DNA of 64,000 bases. It comes from a virus. The notes beneath the pieces were generated by a model, which was not told the DNA's origin, did no database searches, and saw only the letters and a program-made list of their open reading frames with translations. Positions 1 to 10,698 of the stretch are shown piece by piece (position 1 is the first letter of the stretch; the number at the start of each line of letters is the position of its first letter). Position numbers and translations under genes: made by a program. The stretch lies in IMG/VR virus record IMGVR_UViG_3300042402_000989, positions 2,379 to 66,378 of that record. One strand, written 5' to 3'.

Positions 1-6
1 GCAAGT

Positions 7-3000
7 ATGGAAAAATACAATTACGGTAAGCAGCACTTAACTGCAGTTACACATATGTTTGATTCTATTTCAAATCCATTGACAGCGATTGTTGGCCAAT
101 CAACATGGAGCCTTGCATCGTACAGTATTACCGACGAGTGGGACCCGATCGGTTATAACAAAGGCGATCAAGTAAAAGTTACAATCAGCGGTAACATCAC
201 TTATTGGGACTGTGTACAAACTCATACAGAAGCAAAAAATCCAACATTTTTTGAAAACAGAAGCTACTGGAGAGAAGTGTCATCTAAGGCGTTAGTGAAT
301 GGAGACACTATATTATTTGCTAAAAATGCAACATCTACATATAACAAAAAGATTTTTAGAGTGGGCGGTGTAGGCAGCAGTATCACATTAACTGAGATTT
401 ATAATACTACCAATTACACTCTGTATGATAAAGTTATTGTAAAAATAGGTTATAATAATGTTTTCGGTGATTCAGTTGACAGCTTAATTTATGCCGGTAG
501 TGAATGGTATTGGGATGGAACAAACTGGATCTATGGACAACAAAAAGATTCTAGAAGTGTTGCTCCTAAATTTAATCTGTACGATCATGAACAAGTTTTA
601 TTATCAAATACAACAACATATCCAAATACAACATTTGCAGGCGATACTATATTTGATTATACAAGAACATCTGGCGTAATTGACCACGCCTTGGGGTTTG
701 CACCTAAATATGTTGACTATGGCAATAATCCGGGTTACGAGTTTGATATTGGTTTAGGAGCAAAACGTTACACTTATAACAGCATAAACGAATATATCGG
801 ATATCAAGCCGACACTGACGTTGTTAATATAGAAGAAATTAAAGGCTATTATTACTATAAGAATTTAAACACAGGTTTTTACTGCAATGGGTGGGCACAA
901 TTACGCAACGATCAACCTATCGAAAAGCACATTCGTTATGTTGTCGAAAGTGTTAGCAGCGATCACATTTTTGATATCGGCACAGCTAACATCAACTTAG
1001 ATGACAAGTTCAGATTTAAATTAAGTAATAACGGTAATTTAAAAGTATATAGTGAAAACACATTAAATGAACGTGATAAACCAGAACTAATAAATGGTGT
1101 TAATCCTGCTATCTTTATGAGTAAAGGTAAAACATATACTATTCAAACAATGTTTGATATAACTGATTTTGAATTAGTTAATGTAGATGGCTCTGCAATT
1201 TCTACAGGGCTGACACTTACATCAACATCGACTAATACTCAGACAATGGCAATTAGCAGTTCAATTGCCATTGACTATATTAAGTATAGATTAGTATCTG
1301 ATAATTCGATATTTGGCATAATTTATTTAGATGACAACACTTCATCAAAAAATCTAATAGTAAAGATAAATGGTGTTGAGACAACCGACTACACCTTATC
1401 CGGCACACGAGTTACTGTAGAAAATATATACCCGTTAGATACTGTTATTGAAATTAGCTGGTCATCTTATGACATATTAACATCAGATCAAGGAATTTTC
1501 CATACTGCAGATACTCATGTGTACAACCCGCAAAATGAGTGGTTAACTAATGCAACATTTGGTGATTTGCAAGCACACATCAAATCACAAATGTCTGGCA
1601 TACCTGGATTTAGTGGTGATTACTTTGGCGATAACAATTATACATCATTGCCACAAATACATGAATTCGGCGGAACAATAAGACAACAGCCATTTAGCAC
1701 TGAATTATTAGCAGTAACATTAGATGATGCTAATACAAATCCATTTGCTAGTTTAAAATTTATTTCAAATAGTTACGCTAAATTTAGACAACAACTCATA
1801 CGTAAAATAACACAGTTACATTTTAGTCAACCAATTGATGTTCCAATATACAAACTAGTTGATACGTCGTTAGAACAATTAAATCTTGGTAAAACTAATA
1901 ATTCTCCATTTGCATACAGTAATATGTTATTGTATAGAGACTTTAAAGAAGTAGAACATGTTTGGGTTACAGGTGATGATAAAGTATTCGATGTACCTGA
2001 TACAGTAAACACGTATGGTGATCTAGAAAATCATGTACATGTGTATGTTTATGATCGTGATGGGGGTACAACTAACCCGTATTGGAGAGTACTTGTAAAA
2101 AACGTAGATTATTCATTCGACAATAAAAAAGAAATTAATATCTCTGACTCGTTTACAGCAGATGTTAACGGCAGAGTTAAAGTATTGATCAGATGGTTCC
2201 CTATAGACAGTGTTAGCTTTATGCCGCCTAGCGCAGTTAAACTAGGGTTAACTAAACCGTATTGTCCTCAAAAAGTTGCTAACTTTGATATAGAAGACAA
2301 CGGCGGCGGTAGTAGCAATGCAATTATATGCCACGATGGATCTATACATATTTTATTAAACAACAACATTGTTAATAGAGATTCGGCTAGTTTTGATATT
2401 GAAGGCGCTGCAATATGGGAAATAGAAAACAGAGTCTTTAATAACTTAGTTGGTAATTATGATAACGTAATAGATTATCTAGAAGCAATGCCTACTGCTA
2501 ATAGAAAAACGCCATACACCTGGAACGAACTAAATGCAGCTATGGAAAGTGAGTTTAACAGTTGGAAAGTTAGAAATAACATTACCACGCTTAACGATCC
2601 CGGCGCATATGATTCGTTAAACGAATTTACTTGGAATTATAGTAGTGTTGGTAATGGTATAGGTGGTTGGAAAGGTATATATCATTATTACTTTAACACT
2701 GACAAACCACACACACATCCGTGGGAAATGTTAGGTCACACAGATCAGCCTTCTTGGTGGAATACATATTATACATGGTTAAACACTGCTAATGGCGGCA
2801 ATGATGCAAAACGAGCTGCATTAATCGAAGCATTAAAAACCGGTCATTGGAACAGTCCAGCAGAATCAGATAAACGTTATGATATAACATATTGCTATTC
2901 TGCATACGACTGGGATGCAGAAACACTGGTCACTGTTGCAGGTGTGTTAAACGGGCCTGTTACTGCAGGTATTGTCACTGCACCTACTTCTGCAGAAAAA

Positions 3001-6000
3001 CAAAAAGACTTTGTATATGGCGATTGGGGGCCGGTGGAAAAACGCTGGAGACGAAGTTCAGAATATAACATAAATCGTGCATTGGGATTATTAAGATTAA
3101 GACCGTTATGGTTACTTAATAGTTACTTTGATAGCAATAATAGAAAATTTGATTATCATCCATTGGTAATTACACCGCAAGTGTTGTTTGAAGATACTGG
3201 TTTAATAGGTAATAATACAGAACCTAAACTAAGTTATAAAAAATACGAAGATAGTATTATAGAACTTATAAATGTTAGAAATGGTGGCGCCGGATACACT
3301 AGCAATACACGTATAGAAATTTACGGTAACTTTGGCAGCGGTGCTACCGCAGAAGCTATTGTCCGTAATGGTAGTATTATTGCAGTAACTATTACAAATC
3401 CAGGTAGTAATTATCAAAGTAAACCGACTATACTAGCAATAGACGATACAGCAACAATTACGCAAGAAGCAAGTTTTGAAGCTATATTGTCTTCTAATGT
3501 TAGACAGTATTACAGTGGATTAAGCAACGCTATTATTGAATTTGGGTTCTTTAACACAATTAGTATCGACAGCATACAAGAAAAATTCGAAACAGCAATA
3601 TACAACCCTGTGATAAAACTAGGTGGTTTTGTTAACAAAGCAAATCAACGGTTTGTATTAGATAGCAGTCAAGACAAAGGTAAAGTAACATTACCGGAAG
3701 AAAATTATGTTGTATCTCTATATAAAAGTCAGCCTATATTTGATACATTCTATGGTGCAATAAAAGTAACATTAACAGATGAAGGATACATGATATCTGG
3801 TTATGATAATAGTAAAATGTATTTAGAATATAACCCAGTATCATACAACAGTAAAAAAACTATTGTCCCAATTGGAAATACTAATATTATAAAATATAAA
3901 GAATTTACCAATGATATTGTTAGACTAGAATACAATGCAGTTTTAGTTAAAGAACAAGATGTATATAACATTATTAGAGGCTACGGACATTATCTAAACA
4001 CCTTTGGATGGGTCCCAAGTTGGGATGCAGCCGCAACAGCATTTTTATCTTGGGCAGATAATTCTCCAGTGACCGGCGATATTATTAATGTTATACCAGT
4101 AACAGATTCGATTGAAATATCAGAGGGCGCTACTGGATATTTCGATAACTTGCAAAACAAGTATGACGGTGTTTATAATCTAATAGATCAAACTGGTCGA
4201 CAAGTTCTATCTAACAAAGTTATAGTTGAAAGACAAGTATTAGAACAATCAGATGCTATAACTAAAATCACACCAAAGTCTTCTGATTTAACATTGTATG
4301 GTGTAAGATTGTATTCCGTAGAATTAGAACACGTCGTAGTGTTTGATAATTACACAGGGTTTGACGATGTAATTTATAATCCAGCACTAGGACAGTTGCA
4401 CACAAGAATAAAGTGGATCGGTAGCAGAACTAAAAACTGGAATGGCAAACTTTATGCACCGGGCTATATTGTAGATAATAATACCATTTATAATAACTTT
4501 GACAGAACAGTATTAGACATTGATCAAATGTATGATGTTGGTAATAGCATTGTAAACAATTCTATTAAAAATGCAGCAAGATCCAACATTGGGTATAACA
4601 CACCGTCTTGGAAACAATACACAACGCTTGACGACAATACTGTATTTGAATTTGTTAAAGGTATTGGAAAATACAGGGGTACAAAGTATGCATTAAACGC
4701 ATTCTTGAGAAACACTTCTATATTTGGGACACAAGCAGATGTTACTTTGTTTGAAGAATGGGCAATCAGAACTGCAGATTATGGTGACACAAGATCGAGA
4801 GATACAGTCGAATTTAATGTTAGCAAAGATTTAGTGTTAACAAGTCCGCAAGTAATAAGACTTAGAGACACAAATGAAAGCGATGCGTTAAGCGATGTGT
4901 ATATTGATATCACTCCTAACAGCGAGTTATTAGTTACTGGAACAGTTGGCAATAACTTCCAAACAAGATTGCCTAAGGTGTTCTCATATGATACTTTAAG
5001 TAAAGAAGGTCCTTATAAAAATGACTTTATTACTTCCGGAACACCATTAACTACAGAAACAGATTATCGTGTGTTAGATTATGCTGCATTTGCTATGTTC
5101 CCTGAACAAGAAAACAACTATTACGATTTCAGTGGCAGTTGGCAAGACATTAAACAATGGGACAATAAAACATCATACAAATACGGTGATAGAGTAATTT
5201 ATCAAGGCCGTGTTTGGGAAATGGTAGATGCGAACAGTAGCACAGGATTAGCAACTCCTAATGATCCTATCATTGTTACTGGCACAATATCATTGCCTAT
5301 CGTGGCTAATGGTAGAACGTTGATATTAGACGGGAACACAATTACATTTAATAATTCAACTACATCAACAACCTCTACAACCATAACTGTTACCGGAACA
5401 AATGATATTGGTACTACTAACGTTGTTACACCTGGATCTACACTAGTGTTAGGTGCAACTTCGGCTACTGCAGAAACTGTTGTATTCAGTAATACGGTAT
5501 CATCAACTACATATAATAATATAGTTGTAACCGGAAATGTTATTAATCCTTCCTTTGTAGGCAGTTCGACTGAAAAGTTAACAATAGATGGCGTTGACGT
5601 GATGTTTAATCAAACATCTGGCACTTCGACTAATATTACTGCACAAGCTGCATTTGAAAATGCATTTAACGGTTGGGTAATAAACAATAATGCTGGTGCA
5701 AAGACTTCGGCAGCGAACGCAAGAATTTCAGCAATTGAAAATCTTAGAAGTGCATATACTGGAACTTGGTCAACATTTTTATCAAGTTACTTTAGTAGCA
5801 GTGTTGCCGGAATAAACATAAGTCTATTGTTAAGCGAAATCGCAGCTACTCCTAGTTATCAAGCACAAGTGGAAGCGTTGTTAGACAGTGACATAACACT
5901 AATAAACAATTATGCCAATAAAACATATATTACTGCAAATGTTATCGCAGGGTCGGAAACAGTTCTGGCAGGAGATATTACAACTGCACAGACTTTAATG

Positions 6001-9000
6001 TCTGCAGGAACATACACAGAAGATGTCAAAGATTGGTTAATAGCAAACACTTCAACTGCGTTTACCGTATCAACTGTTGTGTTTACTTCTTCTGGTACAA
6101 CATTTGTAACATATACTATAACAGACATTGTTAACAGAATCAATAGTGCAAGTATACCAAATGTCACTGCATCTAACAGTGCAGGCAGTTTGAGATTGAC
6201 AAAAACCACTGCTACTCCTACAACACAATTTAGTCTAGTCATTGCTAGCGCAACTGCTAATAGTGACGTAGGGCTTGATGCAGGAACATATATTAGTAGT
6301 AGTTCTACAACAACAACTACTCCAAACTTGTCTATTGCTCAAGTTATAGCGCAAATTAATGCTGCGGGTATATCTGGTATAACTGCAGCGGCATTGGCAC
6401 CAACTGGTATATTACTCACTATATCTAGTACAAATAGTTCATTATATATAGGTAACGGTACTGCAAATAGTGTCATTGGTTTAACGACCGGTGTTACTGC
6501 AGCTACATCATCTGTAACTACTGTTAATATCAGTAGTTATATAAACGACATAGTAACACAAATTAACTTAGCTAACGTGTCAGGTGTAAGAGCTACAAAC
6601 AGTAACAACAGGGTTAAGCTAACAAGCACAAATCCTACACTAATCATAGGTGCTGGTACTGCTAACAGTGACATTGGTTTCACCGCACAAACATATACTG
6701 CAACACAAACAACAGTTAGTAACATATTTGAAGCAATTGTTGATGGAGACGTTATATTCCGCAGAATGGACTACGATCCTAACGTATTCAGTATATGGAT
6801 TGCAAAATGGAAAGCAGATGAACTAACAAGTTCACAAATCGACAGCGATGTTGGATTTGCAGCATATCAAACAATGGATATGGGATGGTATATTACACGG
6901 GCTTGTGCTGGCATAGATGCTGCAGATGATGCACAACTTACAATAGCAACACCATCCGGTGCTGCCGCTGCACACAGCTTACAAGTGGGAGACTTTGTAT
7001 TAATCAGAGGAAGTAATACAGAGCCTAACATAGATGGTATACACCGTGTTACCGGTATAGACACAAACAATGTTAATAAGTTCTTTATCGATGTCTACAT
7101 TAATAAAGAAGGTAATGTAGGGAACGTTTATCCTATCAGAAATGTAAGATTCTCATCGTATCAAGATTTGTTAGCCAATTACAATTCTAGAAATGCTGCA
7201 AACATGTATTACTATAACTTTGCTGGTTATAGACAAAATACTACAACAAGACCAATATATGCGTTTATTGATCGAATTAGCGATGCAGAACCTGTTTCCG
7301 GTGTCTACAAGTTCTACGGAAGTTTCTCTACTGTAACTGGGCATAACGGCAGTTGGCAACTAGTTAGAGAGGGTAACGAACAAGCTCGTAATGATCTAAT
7401 AGAAAATGTTAAAGTATATGATGCAATTAACAAAACACTGATTACTACTATTGAAACATTTGATCCGGCAAAAGGTATACTACCTGGCTTTATCGACAAT
7501 GAAATCGACTTTGCGACCACTGCAGATTTTGCAGTTTATAATTACGATAGTGTTAATGGAAATAGTGAGTCTAGAAAAACATGGGGCGTAGATCAACTAG
7601 GTTTACGTTGGTGGAATTTAAATACAGCGATCTATTTGGATTACGAACAAGGTCCTTTAGACTATCAACAAAACAACTGGGGTAGATTATTCGATGGTGC
7701 ATCAGTCGACATCTATGAATGGACTGAAAGCACTGTATTACCGGATCAATGGGAGCAACTAGTAAAAGCAAATGCAACTGTTAACGGTAGACGTGTCACA
7801 GGCGACGTTTATAAAGTTAAAAACAACGACGAATACGTTTACTATTGGTCAGAAGCTTCAATTCTCGATCCTGTACAAAACAGAACTAAAACTGTTTATT
7901 ACTTCTGGGTTAAGAATAAATTAGATACTGTAGGTAATAGAATCTATAATACAAAACAGCTATCTAATTACCTAGCAAATCCTAATAGTTTTGATCAGCT
8001 ATGGGCAGCAGCTTCACAATCAAGTAACTTACTAATTAACAATTTAGATAAGGTTGTAAGTGATAATACAGTTGTTCAGATTAATCAAATTGTTGAAAGT
8101 GACGCTTTACCTTTAAGTGAATGGGTATTACTACACGACAGTGATCCTGTTGAATTGATCCCTGAGCAACTACACATTAAAATGCGTGACAGCATTGTAG
8201 GTTGGAATAATGCAGTTAAGAGATATTCATATACAACTTACAGTAGTTCGACAACATATAGCATCGACGATGTTGTAGTCGACGGTAGTAATCGCTATTA
8301 TATTAGTTTGAAGAATATCAACTTAAATCATACTCCGTCAACTGACACTACAATGACATGGTGGAGACGTATATACGAGTATGAGCTTCCAGCAGATACT
8401 CCTGCAAACGATATAGATGTTTGGATGGGTCAACCACTCCCAGACCTTAACTTGCATCCGTTTAATAGATATGGACATTTAACAAGACCAAATCAAAGTT
8501 TGGTTAGAGATTTAAAAACTGCAAGACAAAACTTTGTTTATGCAGCAAACGATTTATTATCTAGAATTTGTGTAATTAACGAAATACCAGAGTGGGACAC
8601 AATTTTTGAAGAAATCATAACAGACGGAACAGTCGAATATGAAATGGACAAGTATTGGATTTATAGTGATTGGTATCGCAAAGAATACAATAACGATGGA
8701 TCGTTATTAAGCGTGTTTGACAAATCAATTCTCCCTGATTTGTATGTCGATATTAAACAAGAGCTGATACCAGAATTAGGAGAAGATCCGTTATCAACTG
8801 AAGAAGGAACACTTGTTTATGTTAAAAAGGCATTGCACAGTGACGGTGTAAATAGACCAGAGATTTACAAACTGGTTAATAACGAGTGGGTAATACAATG
8901 GAAATCTAAAGGCACAATACAGTTGAGCGAAGAACTTTGGAATTTAGAAAAGTTCGGATATGGGTTCGACGTTGGGCCATTTGATATGAACGGGTTTGAT

Positions 9001-10068
9001 GCCGAACCAAGTCCAGTTATAAAAGCCATATTTGATTTATTAAGAAATAAAGTATTTGTAGGTCAATACAAGTCTTACTATAATAAACTTTGGTTCAAGT
9101 GTTTATATCATTCAGTAACTGATAATACTACAGATGACTTTGCATTTAAAACAACTTACGCAAAGATTCGTGTAGAACATCCTGTTCTAACAAATGCAAT
9201 AAACTACCAGCCAACCGGAACTGAAGTAGTCGAGGAGTTCTTTAATTCAATAAAGCCTTATCACACGAAGCTTCATAGCATTGATCGTGCAGTAACACAC
9301 ATGGACGAAAATGATGTAGAAGTAACTGAGCTAGACCTTGATTCAGAGATTACATTAAGATACAACGATCATGGTGTTAAAGATTACGAAGACTTTGATG
9401 AAATTCTAACAGGTGGAACATTTACGAGTGTAGTAACTAACACAGATAGTTCAACATTTACTACGTTAGATGCAGCTCTTGAATATATATATGATGGGAA
9501 CGGATTTAACACTGTAGTCAGAGATAATTGGGGTGAAGAATTATATCCTGTTGATTACTCGGAAAACATTCGTATCCGTGTTCAAACTAATAGTAGCGGC
9601 AGCACAGTAACCAGTGACACAAGAACATTTGATATGGTTTATTATTCACCATATCAAATCGAAGAAAGCACAGTTGTCGTTAATACTGCAAAAACAACAT
9701 TGTCTAGCAGCCTAAGTGCTACGGCAATTAGCATAGCTGTAGCAAACGCATCAACATTAACAGTGCCGATCGAAAGCCAAGTCGGGGTTGTGTGGATAGA
9801 TAATGAACGTATAGAATACCGTGCTATAGAAGGCAATACATTGCGCTATTGTACAAGAGGAACACTTGGAACAAGTGCAACAACACACGCTTCGGGTGCA
9901 ACTGTAACCGATGCAAGTTGGATTTATAAAATTCCAACACTAGAACATTTTATTGATTATGGTGATGATTTGGGTTTTGCCTATAATGATACAGGAATAA
10001 GCCTAAGTGCAACAGGAACAACACCTATGCATATATTCATAAGAAATGCAGGTTCCGGAACGTTATAA
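7..10068 (+). CDS. Giant virion structural protein (baseplate wedge/tail-associated), probably 5'-truncated by the window
   Basis: 3353-aa ORF with the frame open back to base 1. Contains a myovirus-type repeat (NVRNGGAGYT...VTITNPGSNY), three CBM5/12-like W/Y motifs, a Thr/Ser-rich repeat region, a GFDxxPFD motif and a C-terminal RGTLGTSATTH motif typical of phage structural proteins. Confidence 0.75.
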   Translation: MEKYNYGKQHLTAVTHMFDSISNPLTAIVGQSTWSLASYSITDEWDPIGYNKGDQVKVTISGNITYWDCVQTHTEAKNPTFFENRSYWREVSSKALVNGDTILFAKNATSTYNKKIFRVGGVGSSITLTEIYNTTNYTLYDKVIVKIGYNNVFGDSVDSLIYAGSEWYWDGTNWIYGQQKDSRSVAPKFNLYDHEQVLLSNTTTYPNTTFAGDTIFDYTRTSGVIDHALGFAPKYVDYGNNPGYEFDIGLGAKRYTYNSINEYIGYQADTDVVNIEEIKGYYYYKNLNTGFYCNGWAQLRNDQPIEKHIRYVVESVSSDHIFDIGTANINLDDKFRFKLSNNGNLKVYSENTLNERDKPELINGVNPAIFMSKGKTYTIQTMFDITDFELVNVDGSAISTGLTLTSTSTNTQTMAISSSIAIDYIKYRLVSDNSIFGIIYLDDNTSSKNLIVKINGVETTDYTLSGTRVTVENIYPLDTVIEISWSSYDILTSDQGIFHTADTHVYNPQNEWLTNATFGDLQAHIKSQMSGIPGFSGDYFGDNNYTSLPQIHEFGGTIRQQPFSTELLAVTLDDANTNPFASLKFISNSYAKFRQQLIRKITQLHFSQPIDVPIYKLVDTSLEQLNLGKTNNSPFAYSNMLLYRDFKEVEHVWVTGDDKVFDVPDTVNTYGDLENHVHVYVYDRDGGTTNPYWRVLVKNVDYSFDNKKEINISDSFTADVNGRVKVLIRWFPIDSVSFMPPSAVKLGLTKPYCPQKVANFDIEDNGGGSSNAIICHDGSIHILLNNNIVNRDSASFDIEGAAIWEIENRVFNNLVGNYDNVIDYLEAMPTANRKTPYTWNELNAAMESEFNSWKVRNNITTLNDPGAYDSLNEFTWNYSSVGNGIGGWKGIYHYYFNTDKPHTHPWEMLGHTDQPSWWNTYYTWLNTANGGNDAKRAALIEALKTGHWNSPAESDKRYDITYCYSAYDWDAETLVTVAGVLNGPVTAGIVTAPTSAEKQKDFVYGDWGPVEKRWRRSSEYNINRALGLLRLRPLWLLNSYFDSNNRKFDYHPLVITPQVLFEDTGLIGNNTEPKLSYKKYEDSIIELINVRNGGAGYTSNTRIEIYGNFGSGATAEAIVRNGSIIAVTITNPGSNYQSKPTILAIDDTATITQEASFEAILSSNVRQYYSGLSNAIIEFGFFNTISIDSIQEKFETAIYNPVIKLGGFVNKANQRFVLDSSQDKGKVTLPEENYVVSLYKSQPIFDTFYGAIKVTLTDEGYMISGYDNSKMYLEYNPVSYNSKKTIVPIGNTNIIKYKEFTNDIVRLEYNAVLVKEQDVYNIIRGYGHYLNTFGWVPSWDAAATAFLSWADNSPVTGDIINVIPVTDSIEISEGATGYFDNLQNKYDGVYNLIDQTGRQVLSNKVIVERQVLEQSDAITKITPKSSDLTLYGVRLYSVELEHVVVFDNYTGFDDVIYNPALGQLHTRIKWIGSRTKNWNGKLYAPGYIVDNNTIYNNFDRTVLDIDQMYDVGNSIVNNSIKNAARSNIGYNTPSWKQYTTLDDNTVFEFVKGIGKYRGTKYALNAFLRNTSIFGTQADVTLFEEWAIRTADYGDTRSRDTVEFNVSKDLVLTSPQVIRLRDTNESDALSDVYIDITPNSELLVTGTVGNNFQTRLPKVFSYDTLSKEGPYKNDFITSGTPLTTETDYRVLDYAAFAMFPEQENNYYDFSGSWQDIKQWDNKTSYKYGDRVIYQGRVWEMVDANSSTGLATPNDPIIVTGTISLPIVANGRTLILDGNTITFNNSTTSTTSTTITVTGTNDIGTTNVVTPGSTLVLGATSATAETVVFSNTVSSTTYNNIVVTGNVINPSFVGSSTEKLTIDGVDVMFNQTSGTSTNITAQAAFENAFNGWVINNNAGAKTSAANARISAIENLRSAYTGTWSTFLSSYFSSSVAGINISLLLSEIAATPSYQAQVEALLDSDITLINNYANKTYITANVIAGSETVLAGDITTAQTLMSAGTYTEDVKDWLIANTSTAFTVSTVVFTSSGTTFVTYTITDIVNRINSASIPNVTASNSAGSLRLTKTTATPTTQFSLVIASATANSDVGLDAGTYISSSSTTTTTPNLSIAQVIAQINAAGISGITAAALAPTGILLTISSTNSSLYIGNGTANSVIGLTTGVTAATSSVTTVNISSYINDIVTQINLANVSGVRATNSNNRVKLTSTNPTLIIGAGTANSDIGFTAQTYTATQTTVSNIFEAIVDGDVIFRRMDYDPNVFSIWIAKWKADELTSSQIDSDVGFAAYQTMDMGWYITRACAGIDAADDAQLTIATPSGAAAAHSLQVGDFVLIRGSNTEPNIDGIHRVTGIDTNNVNKFFIDVYINKEGNVGNVYPIRNVRFSSYQDLLANYNSRNAANMYYYNFAGYRQNTTTRPIYAFIDRISDAEPVSGVYKFYGSFSTVTGHNGSWQLVREGNEQARNDLIENVKVYDAINKTLITTIETFDPAKGILPGFIDNEIDFATTADFAVYNYDSVNGNSESRKTWGVDQLGLRWWNLNTAIYLDYEQGPLDYQQNNWGRLFDGASVDIYEWTESTVLPDQWEQLVKANATVNGRRVTGDVYKVKNNDEYVYYWSEASILDPVQNRTKTVYYFWVKNKLDTVGNRIYNTKQLSNYLANPNSFDQLWAAASQSSNLLINNLDKVVSDNTVVQINQIVESDALPLSEWVLLHDSDPVELIPEQLHIKMRDSIVGWNNAVKRYSYTTYSSSTTYSIDDVVVDGSNRYYISLKNINLNHTPSTDTTMTWWRRIYEYELPADTPANDIDVWMGQPLPDLNLHPFNRYGHLTRPNQSLVRDLKTARQNFVYAANDLLSRICVINEIPEWDTIFEEIITDGTVEYEMDKYWIYSDWYRKEYNNDGSLLSVFDKSILPDLYVDIKQELIPELGEDPLSTEEGTLVYVKKALHSDGVNRPEIYKLVNNEWVIQWKSKGTIQLSEELWNLEKFGYGFDVGPFDMNGFDAEPSPVIKAIFDLLRNKVFVGQYKSYYNKLWFKCLYHSVTDNTTDDFAFKTTYAKIRVEHPVLTNAINYQPTGTEVVEEFFNSIKPYHTKLHSIDRAVTHMDENDVEVTELDLDSEITLRYNDHGVKDYEDFDEILTGGTFTSVVTNTDSSTFTTLDAALEYIYDGNGFNTVVRDNWGEELYPVDYSENIRIRVQTNSSGSTVTSDTRTFDMVYYSPYQIEESTVVVNTAKTTLSSSLSATAISIAVANASTLTVPIESQVGVVWIDNERIEYRAIEGNTLRYCTRGTLGTSATTHASGATVTDASWIYKIPTLEHFIDYGDDLGFAYNDTGISLSATGTTPMHIFIRNAGSGTL
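6118..6690 (+). repeat. Three ~70-aa tandem protein repeats (I-x-x-I/V-x-x-x-IN-x-A ... TANS-x-x-G) in the giant protein
   Basis: ITDIVNRINSASIPNVTASNS..ATANSDVGL / IAQVIAQINAAGISGITAAA..GTANSVIGL / INDIVTQINLANVSGVRATNS..GTANSDIGF. Confidence 0.75.
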
Positions 10069-10071
10069 ATA
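10064..10071 (+). promoter_or_regulatory. T4-type late promoter TATAAATA
   Basis: Exact T4 gp55 late-promoter consensus, overlapping the stop of the giant gene, 20 nt before ATG 10091. Confidence 0.6.
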
Positions 10072-10090
10072 TTATAAATGGAAAAAAACT

Positions 10091-10687
10091 ATGAGTAAGA
10101 TAATTGAAAAACCAGTATTCGGAATAGAAGGACACATAACAATATGGGATCCTGATAACGGTGAAATTTTAGTTCGCCGTCGTAATGCTATTAACTATGA
10201 AAATATGAGTGTTGCCCTTGCAAATTTATTAGCAAATGAATCTGGCGGTATCGGAACGTATGCAATAGCACAAATGCGTTTTGGTAATGGTGGTACTATT
10301 ATCGATGGGTTAGGTGCAGTTACATACAAAGCAACAAACACCAATATCACATCTGGTGCGCTATATAATCAAACATATGCACAAACAGTTGACGAAACTA
10401 TAACCGGCTCAGCAACAAACAGTGTTGAAGTAACACATACTTCCGGCGAGTTATATAGTGATGTGGTAGTGACTTGCACACTTGATTACAACCAACCAGC
10501 AGGTCAAGATACATTAGATACAAGTGTTGATATGAACGGCACTTATGTTTTTGACGAGCTTGCACTTTATACTGCAAATAGCACAATGTTAACTCATGTT
10601 ATTTTCCATCCGGTTCAGAAGAGCGCAAATAGAAAAATACAAGTAATATATACTTTAAGAATCAGAACATCGTATAGTGATGTATAA
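10091..10687 (+). CDS. Virion structural protein (baseplate/tail-collar-like)
   Basis: Start moved to ATG 10091, downstream of the late promoter. Motifs EGHITIWD..N-AI, FGNGGT, FDELALY and HPVQKSANR..QVIYTLRI resemble phage tail-collar/baseplate proteins. Confidence 0.65.
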   Translation: MSKIIEKPVFGIEGHITIWDPDNGEILVRRRNAINYENMSVALANLLANESGGIGTYAIAQMRFGNGGTIIDGLGAVTYKATNTNITSGALYNQTYAQTVDETITGSATNSVEVTHTSGELYSDVVVTCTLDYNQPAGQDTLDTSVDMNGTYVFDELALYTANSTMLTHVIFHPVQKSANRKIQVIYTLRIRTSYSDV

Positions 10688-10698
10688 AGGAAGAAAAG

